From an archaeon (lineage in GTDB: Archaea; Methanobacteriota_B; Thermococci; Methanofastidiosales; NM3), in NCBI GenBank assembly GCA_004212155.1, contig RXIG01000015.1:13040-77039 (forward strand): a stretch of DNA of 64,000 bases. Direction: 5' to 3'. The translations under genes and the position numbers were made by a program. Shown here in pieces: positions 57,823 to 64,000 of the stretch. Under the pieces are notes generated by a model. The model did not search any database. It worked only from the letters and a program-made list of their open reading frames with translations, and was not told the origin of the DNA. Position 1 is the stretch's first letter. Every line of letters begins with the position of its first letter.

Positions 57823-58653
57823 CTGTTCGCACGTCCACTTTCGCACTTCGCGGTGATGTTCCGAGATGTAGCGCGTGATGATGACGGAAACGAAGGCGAT
57901 GGTACCAAGCTTTCCTCCGCCACCGGGAACGAGATCGACCGTTGCCGTGTAGAGCATAGCGACGAAGATGCCTGCGATGGCAAAGTGTACGGGCCTGTCG
58001 AAGATGCGCGGAAACGCCGTCATGCCGGCAAAGGAACCCGAGTAGGCGACAAACGCCAGGGTCGCACCATACGTAGCGGAGATCTCCGGGAACAGGAGCC
58101 CGGCGATCAATCCTACGGTCGCAGAACCCAGCACCGCATCGGCGCATTTGTTCGTGAAGACGCGTATGAAGACGTCCTTTCTGAGGTAGTACGTTGCGAC
58201 CGTCGATATGACGCCAACGAGCAACACGAAGAGGAACCAGCTCACGGTCAATGATTCCAGGGCTGCGCCACTTACCGCATTGTACTCCACGCCAGCGATG
58301 GCAAGCACTACAAGCGAGAACAACACCGCCATGAAAGCGGTGGTGCCGAGCTTGCCGCCGTGCCCGAAGAAGTATCCCTTCCATGCAACAAAGATCACTC
58401 CGGCAACTGCCCCGAAGAGAATCGTGTAGTATATGGTTGGTATAACGCCACATGAGCACATGCCGACAAACGACCCGCAAAAAATCTGGGGGGAAAGCTT
58501 GTTGAACACGGCGCCGCCAATAAGACCAACGATGGCCGAGGCAACGACGCCACCCAATCCAAGCTCGTTGTTGAGATACCATGCTGCGATGGTACCGGCT
58601 ATGACTGCCACTATCGAAATCACGTCTTTTTTATCTATATCCATCCTATCCAC
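57817..58653 (-). CDS. Internally duplicated polytopic membrane protein of unknown function
   Basis: About 9-10 Gly-rich TM segments; paired motifs CGSFVGM/SGSFAGM and GGKLGTTAF/GGKLGTIAF. Confidence 0.75.
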   Translation of the reverse strand: MDRMDIDKKDVISIVAVIAGTIAAWYLNNELGLGGVVASAIVGLIGGAVFNKLSPQIFCGSFVGMCSCGVIPTIYYTILFGAVAGVIFVAWKGYFFGHGGKLGTTAFMAVLFSLVVLAIAGVEYNAVSGAALESLTVSWFLFVLLVGVISTVATYYLRKDVFIRVFTNKCADAVLGSATVGLIAGLLFPEISATYGATLAFVAYSGSFAGMTAFPRIFDRPVHFAIAGIFVAMLYTATVDLVPGGGGKLGTIAFVSVIITRYISEHHREVRKWTCEQS

Positions 58654-58666
58654 CTAAAAATACAAG

Positions 58667-60715
58667 TTATACTATCGCTTCAATGCTGCACGCGCATACC
58701 TTGAGTTCAGGTATCTTCGCAATTGGATCGAGTGCGGGGTTGGTGAGGAGGTTGGCTGCGCATTCCTTGAAGTGGAATGGGATAAATACCGTCTCCTCAG
58801 GTACCCGGTCCGTAACATATGCAGGTATGTCGATCGTGCCACGACGTGTGCTCACGCGCACTGCCTGGCCATCGCTTATGCCGAGCTTGGCCGCGTCGGC
58901 GGGGTGTATCTCCACGTATCCTGTAGGCACCTCCTTGTTGAGGGGGCCGCTACGGCGCGACATGGTCCCCGTGTGGAAGTGGAAGAGTATGCGGCCTGTC
59001 GTCAGGGTAAATGGGTATTTGTCGTCAGGAAGCTCTGCCGGAGGCCGGTAAGGCACGGCGAAGAAGTGGCCCTTTCCCCTTTTGAACTCACCCTTGTGAA
59101 GGTATGTTGTACCATCATGGTCGGGGGTGGGGCACGGCCACTGGAGATATCCTCGCTCATCAAGGCGTTGGTATGAGATGCCGCCATAAAGCGGTGTGAG
59201 CGAGGCGATCTCGTCCTGTATCGCTGCAGGGGACTCGTAGTCGAACTGGTCTGAGCCCATCGAACGGGCAAGCTCTGATATGATGACCCAGTCGGGCTTG
59301 GACGAGCCGATGGGCTCGATCGCCTTCCTTACGCGCTGAACGCGCCTGTCAGTGCCCGTGAACGTGCCGTCCTTTTCCAGGAACGAGGCACCGGGGAGCA
59401 CCACATCGGCGATCTCGGCGGTCTCGGTGAGGAAGATGTCCTGCACGACTAGAAAGTCCAGCGTATCAAGCGCCTCCCGAACATGGGATATGTCGGGGTC
59501 TGAAATCATTGGATTTTCTCCCATGATGTACATGCACTTGATCCTGCCATCGGCTGCCTCGTTGAGGAGCTCGACGACGGTAAGGCCCGGCGTCTCCGGG
59601 ATTGACTCGTCCATGTTCCATCCCTTCTCGAACTTCTCGCGGGAAGCTGGGTCGGTCACGGCCTGGTAGCCTGGAAAGACGTTGGGGAGGGCGCCAAGGT
59701 CGCATGCGCCCTGCACGTTGTTTTGTCCACGAAGCGGATTGACGCCCGTGCTTGCCTTGCCCATGTTGCCCGTGAGCATGGCGAGGTTCGCACATGACTT
59801 CACGTTGTCGACACCTGTTGTGTGTTGAGTGATGCCCATGCTGTAGATGATCGACGCGCTCTCGGCGTTTGCAAACATACGTGCCGCGTCGATGAGGTCA
59901 TTTCTGGGTATACCTGTTATCTCCTCGACATGTTCGGGGGTGTAGTGCATGACCTCCTCAAGGAACTCGTCGTAGTTCTCTGTGCGCTGCTCGATAAACA
60001 TCTCGTCCGCCAGGCCTTCGTTGATGATGACATTCATGATGCCGTTGAGCCACGCCACGTCGGTGCCAGGACGCTGTCGAAGATGAATGTCTGCTATCGA
60101 TGCGAGCTGAATCGAACGCGGGTCAACAAGTATGATACGCGCGCCCCGCTCCTTTGCACGATATATCCTCGTGCCGATGAGCGGATGCTGCTCTGTCGTG
60201 TTTGAACCTGTAATGAGTATGCAATCGGCATCCTCGACCTCGGGAATGCTGTTTGTCATCGCGCCGCTGCCGAACGCCGCGGCAAGCCCTGCGACGGTCG
60301 AGGCGTGACAGAGCCTGGCGCAGTGGTCGACGTTGTTGGTCACGATAACGCTTCGTGCGAACTTCTGCATGAGATAGTTCTCCTCGTTTGTCGTCTTTGC
60401 AGACGAGAGGAGACCGAACGCAGACGGGCCGGACGTATCCTTGATCTCCTTGAACTTCGATGTGATGAGGCTGTAGGCCTCTTCCCACGTCGCCTCGCGA
60501 AACGTTTCGCCGTCCCGGATGAGTGGCGATGTAAGCCTATCAGGGCTGTTAACGAAGTCAATCGCGTTCCACCCCTTGATGCAAAGCTTTCCCTCGCTCA
60601 CAGGGTCCTCCTTGCATGGCATGACGCGTTTTGCCTGACCGTTGACGACCTCGACATAGTATTTGCATCCGCATCCGCAATACGGGCACGTGGTAAGCAC
60701 TGCTTCATACTTCAT
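58667..60715 (-). CDS. fdhA: Formate dehydrogenase alpha subunit (Mo/W-bisPGD, Cys ligand)
   Basis: CPYCGCGC..LCIKG, NNVDHCARLCHAS, PLRGQNNVQGACD, TTGR..HFHTGTMS. Confidence 0.95.
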   Translation of the reverse strand: MKYEAVLTTCPYCGCGCKYYVEVVNGQAKRVMPCKEDPVSEGKLCIKGWNAIDFVNSPDRLTSPLIRDGETFREATWEEAYSLITSKFKEIKDTSGPSAFGLLSSAKTTNEENYLMQKFARSVIVTNNVDHCARLCHASTVAGLAAAFGSGAMTNSIPEVEDADCILITGSNTTEQHPLIGTRIYRAKERGARIILVDPRSIQLASIADIHLRQRPGTDVAWLNGIMNVIINEGLADEMFIEQRTENYDEFLEEVMHYTPEHVEEITGIPRNDLIDAARMFANAESASIIYSMGITQHTTGVDNVKSCANLAMLTGNMGKASTGVNPLRGQNNVQGACDLGALPNVFPGYQAVTDPASREKFEKGWNMDESIPETPGLTVVELLNEAADGRIKCMYIMGENPMISDPDISHVREALDTLDFLVVQDIFLTETAEIADVVLPGASFLEKDGTFTGTDRRVQRVRKAIEPIGSSKPDWVIISELARSMGSDQFDYESPAAIQDEIASLTPLYGGISYQRLDERGYLQWPCPTPDHDGTTYLHKGEFKRGKGHFFAVPYRPPAELPDDKYPFTLTTGRILFHFHTGTMSRRSGPLNKEVPTGYVEIHPADAAKLGISDGQAVRVSTRRGTIDIPAYVTDRVPEETVFIPFHFKECAANLLTNPALDPIAKIPELKVCACSIEAIV

Positions 60716-61488
60716 TCGTATTCCTCCTTCGTGATCACAGGATTTTGTTCATCAAGCGAACGGCCTGCCATGTAGCCAAACAGTTCCTCCAAGTCCTCGC
60801 GCAATAGGTGGCTGAGCGTCATGAGCGGAATGCCTGTAGGGCACGCCTTTTCGCACTCACCGCAACCGATGCACTTGCCAGCAACATGGAATGCCCTGAT
60901 CAAATGGTAGATGGGAAAGTCGGGGGGCAGCCTGCCGCGTTTCACCCAGAGGGGGTTTTCGAGTTCGCACTCCTTGCAAAAACAGACGGGACAAGCGTTG
61001 CGACACCCGTAACACTTGTTGCACTTCTCGAGCTGTTCATTCCAAAAAGCAAGCTTTTCCTCCCCCGACATCTGTCGGTAGGTGTCGTAGGTGTCGCGCG
61101 TCCAGTTCTCAAGCGCCGTGCCGACCATGAGTGAATCGGGATATGGTTTTGAACAGTTGCACTCCTTTGCAGTGTCGCTGTCGCAGGCGATGCCGATGAC
61201 CGTTATCGAGTCGATGTCTATCTGGTGGTTCTTGGCAAGCTCGATCAAGCTGCGTTCCTCGCACCCTCTGCAAACGACCGCCAATCTGAGGTCGGGGCCC
61301 TCCTCGAGGAGGAGCCTGACGACCGATGCGACAGGATACCGGGAATCGACGACCATGAGGGGGAGTTGATCTGCGTCTGTAAAGAAGCATGGGCGGACGG
61401 TGCCATGCATTTCCTTGAGGCCGACGATACCGTCGATGTCATCCCGGGCCAATATCTCGGCCGCAACGGCGCGCAACTCATCGTTCAT
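60712..61488 (-). CDS. Short FdhB/FlxB-like 4Fe-4S dicluster subunit
   Basis: AVVCRGCEERS..GIAC, CNKCYGCRNACPVCFCKEC, CIGCGECEKACP. Confidence 0.82.
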   Translation of the reverse strand: MNDELRAVAAEILARDDIDGIVGLKEMHGTVRPCFFTDADQLPLMVVDSRYPVASVVRLLLEEGPDLRLAVVCRGCEERSLIELAKNHQIDIDSITVIGIACDSDTAKECNCSKPYPDSLMVGTALENWTRDTYDTYRQMSGEEKLAFWNEQLEKCNKCYGCRNACPVCFCKECELENPLWVKRGRLPPDFPIYHLIRAFHVAGKCIGCGECEKACPTGIPLMTLSHLLREDLEELFGYMAGRSLDEQNPVITKEEYE

Positions 61489-61921
61489 ATGTTTCACCTC
61501 CAGTGAGATGAAGCGGATTTGGCCCCATCTGCTCGATCTCGTCAGTAAGGGACTGCATCGTCTGAGAGAACTTCTCACCCTCGGCTGCAGATACCCACTC
61601 AAGCCTGAGGCGGCGCTCGTCGATGCCCATGTGGGAGAGTAGACGCTTGAGTACGTCGATGCGTTTTTTCGTTCGATAGTTTCCATCGACATAGTGGCAA
61701 TCGCCAGGGTGGCATCCGCCTATGAAGACAGCGTCAGCACCGGTCTGAAATGCCTTGAGAATCATCTCCGCATTGATGCGTGACGAACACATGACCCGTA
61801 TGATGCGTATGTTTGGGGGATACTTCATTCGAGAGGTGCCCGCCATGTCTGCTCCTGCATAGCAACACCAGTTGCAGAGGAATCCCACGATCTTTGGTGT
61901 CCACTGTTGTTTCTCCATCAT
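61478..61921 (-). CDS. mvhD: MvhD-type [2Fe-2S] adaptor subunit
   Basis: GFLCNWCCYAGAD, RVMCSSR, GCHPGDCHY..GN, WVSAAEG. Confidence 0.94.
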   Translation of the reverse strand: MMEKQQWTPKIVGFLCNWCCYAGADMAGTSRMKYPPNIRIIRVMCSSRINAEMILKAFQTGADAVFIGGCHPGDCHYVDGNYRTKKRIDVLKRLLSHMGIDERRLRLEWVSAAEGEKFSQTMQSLTDEIEQMGPNPLHLTGGETYER

Positions 61922-63867
61922 AGCACCTCCAGCAGTTGTGCGACGATCTGGTCGTTCCTGAAGTGATTCATAGAGATCGATCCTGAGGGGCATGCAGCGG
62001 CACAGCTACCGCACCCCTTGCACAGAGCCTTGTTTATCGTCATGACCCCGCGTTTTTCATCGAAAGCGTGCGCCTCATACGGACAGAGCTGTTCGCACGT
62101 CCTGCAGCCCACGCAGCCATCCTCGTTGACGATGGCAATGATGGGTTCCGCATCGATGTAGTCCTTGGAGAGAAGGTTGACCACGTGTGAGGCCGCACCG
62201 CATGCCTGAGCCACCGAATCGGGAATGTCCTTTGGTCCCTGTGCGCAGCCTGCAAGGAACACACCGTCGATCACCGTATCAACGGGCCGGAGCTTGGGAT
62301 GCGCCTCGAGGAAGAACTTATCGCTACTCCTCGAAAGATGGAGCATCGATGCGATGCCGTCAGCAGATGATGGCGGCCTGAGTCCCGCACCAAGGACGAC
62401 AAGGTCTGCCTCCACCTCGTAGGGCTCCCCTAGGAGCGTGTCCTCAGCCCGCACATGAAGCCGTCCATCCTCCTCGTAGACCTCGGCTGCATTCCCGCGC
62501 CGGTAATGGACGCCCTCCTTTTGCACGCGCTCGTAGAACTCCTCGTAGCCCTTTCCGAACGCTCGCATATCGGTATACATGACGGTAACGTCGGTATCAG
62601 GGAGCTTTTCCTTGATCAGATGCGCTTGCTTTGCGATGTACATGCAGCAGACGCGCGAACAATAGGCGTTCCCAACGCGCTTGTCGCGCGAGCCGACACA
62701 TGAAACGAACACGACCGACCTTGGGACCTTGCCATTGATGAAAAGCTTCCCGCCGGTAGGTCCATTTGGGGAGAAGTATCGCTCGAGCTCGAGCCCGGTA
62801 AGAACGTTCTCGAAGCGATCGTAGCCGAACTCAGGGCGCTGCTTGGCCTGGAACTCGTTGTACCCCGTTGCCACCACGACGGCGCCCACATCGAACTCAT
62901 GGAACCTTTCGGCCTGTTCGAAATCGATTGCCCCCCTGTCGCACGCTTCAACACAGCTGGGCGACTTGCCGCACTTGCCGCGCGTGATCATGAGGCAGCG
63001 GTCGGGGTCGATGGTGTACTTGAGCGGGACCGCCTGCGGGAATGGAACGTAGATGGCCGAGCGCTTGGCGAGACCGTAATCAAAATCACTTGGGATGCGC
63101 CCTGCGAGCCTGCAGGCCGAAGCGCATTGGCCACATCCGGTGCACGCCTCCATGTCCACGTAACGGGGGCGTTCGCGCACCGTGACGTGGAACGAACCCA
63201 CCGACCCATCGATACGTTCTACCTCGCTGTAGGTGAGGAGCTCGATATTGGGGTGGCGCGCCACGTCGACCATCTTCGGCGTGAGGATGCACGCCGCGCA
63301 GTCAAGCGTTGGGAACGTCTTGTCGAACTTGGCCATGTGCCCGCCGATCGAGGGCTCCCGCTCGACGAGATAGACCTTATAACCCGAGTTCGCAATGTCG
63401 AGGGCCGACTGGATGCCTGCGATGCCGCCGCCGATGACGAGGGCATTATGGGTAACAGGTATCTTTGTGCTTTCCAACGGTTCGAGGAGAGAAGCCTTTG
63501 CAACCGCGCTCTTCACAAGCGATATGGCCTTTTCCGTCGCACGCTCCTTGTCCTCGTGCACCCATGAGCACTGCTCACGGATGTTTGCCATCTCGAGGCA
63601 GTAGGGATTAAGCCCCGCATCACTGACAGCAGCACGAAACGTAGGTTCGTGCATACGTGGCGAACACGCGGCCACAACGATGCGGTCCAGACCGTGTGTG
63701 GCAATATCGGACTTTATCATCTCCTGTCCCGGATCGGAACACATGTACTGGTAATCCTTGCACACCGCAACATTCGCTACATTCTTGATGGTCTCAACAA
63801 CGTTATCGATATTTACCGTCGATGATATGTTGACACCGCAATGACAGATATAGACTCCTACCTTCAC
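61918..63867 (-). CDS. hdrA: Heterodisulfide reductase subunit A
   Basis: VYICHCGVN, ACSPRMHE, NIREQCSW, GGGIAG, KTFPTLDCAAC, CVGSRD..CSRVCC, GPKDIP, ferredoxin motifs. Confidence 0.97.
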   Translation of the reverse strand: MKVGVYICHCGVNISSTVNIDNVVETIKNVANVAVCKDYQYMCSDPGQEMIKSDIATHGLDRIVVAACSPRMHEPTFRAAVSDAGLNPYCLEMANIREQCSWVHEDKERATEKAISLVKSAVAKASLLEPLESTKIPVTHNALVIGGGIAGIQSALDIANSGYKVYLVEREPSIGGHMAKFDKTFPTLDCAACILTPKMVDVARHPNIELLTYSEVERIDGSVGSFHVTVRERPRYVDMEACTGCGQCASACRLAGRIPSDFDYGLAKRSAIYVPFPQAVPLKYTIDPDRCLMITRGKCGKSPSCVEACDRGAIDFEQAERFHEFDVGAVVVATGYNEFQAKQRPEFGYDRFENVLTGLELERYFSPNGPTGGKLFINGKVPRSVVFVSCVGSRDKRVGNAYCSRVCCMYIAKQAHLIKEKLPDTDVTVMYTDMRAFGKGYEEFYERVQKEGVHYRRGNAAEVYEEDGRLHVRAEDTLLGEPYEVEADLVVLGAGLRPPSSADGIASMLHLSRSSDKFFLEAHPKLRPVDTVIDGVFLAGCAQGPKDIPDSVAQACGAASHVVNLLSKDYIDAEPIIAIVNEDGCVGCRTCEQLCPYEAHAFDEKRGVMTINKALCKGCGSCAAACPSGSISMNHFRNDQIVAQLLEVL

Positions 63868-64000
63868 CTAGTTCACCCCTTTTTTCACATCCTTGACCTT
63901 CTTGACGATGTCCCTCGTGGAGACAAGGTTCATGTGGAGGCCGAGGTGCTTGTGCTTTGATCCGAACGCCAGGCCGAGGAGCTGATTTAAGTGGAGCACG
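63868..64000 (-). CDS. hdrB: Heterodisulfide reductase subunit B, C-terminal fragment
   Basis: Manual translation VLHLNQLLGLAFG..HLGLHMNLV..KGVN*, abutting the hdrA start. Confidence 0.8.
   Translation of the reverse strand, partial: VLHLNQLLGLAFGSKHKHLGLHMNLVSTRDIVKKVKDVKKGVN

Noticed and set aside
58667-63867. Selenocysteine or pyrrolysine recoding in FdhA, MvhD or HdrA
   Set aside because: All relevant positions are Cys codons and the ORFs have no internal stops.
1-64000. Many 60-350 aa ORFs antisense to or nested in called genes (e.g. 23190-24257, 9436-10206, 34669-35382, 57800-58582)
   Set aside because: Shadow ORFs expected from GC-rich codon usage; no recognisable motifs, and they fully overlap well-supported genes.
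1-64000. CRISPR array, transposase, integrase or prophage
   Set aside because: No regularly spaced repeats or recombinase motifs seen, and no duplicated tRNA 3' end (att site) was spotted by eye.

Overview
Gene-dense archaeal chromosomal segment with TATA/BRE promoters, GGTGA/GGAGG ribosome-binding sites, and archaeal markers (TYW1, prefoldin beta, eS1, aIF5A, Nob1, intron-containing tRNA-Trp). The hdrB-hdrA-mvhD-fdh operon, an MtaA-family methyltransferase and methanogenesis marker 16 point to an anaerobic euryarchaeote; Ca. Methanofastidiosa or a relative is my inference only. About 60 CDS and 8 tRNAs were called; no integrase, transposase or CRISPR array was seen. Best leads: (1) a switch-like structured 5' leader upstream of a SAM methyltransferase-photolyase-radical SAM-DUF4130 run; (2) the TIGR03916/DUF4130 radical-SAM DNA system, here next to a class II photolyase, with PIP-like tails on both proteins; (3) a SipW-type peptidase / DUF1102-like / DUF5305-like cluster that may build a surface fibre; (4) a C50-carotenoid cluster in an apparent anaerobe; (5) an internally duplicated membrane protein closing the Hdr-Fdh operon; (6) a C33 initiator tRNA together with apparent ATC/ATT start codons; (7) an unannotated 46-aa RHH-like gene with a palindromic operator and hairpin leader. 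All family calls come from motif recognition by eye; no searches were run.
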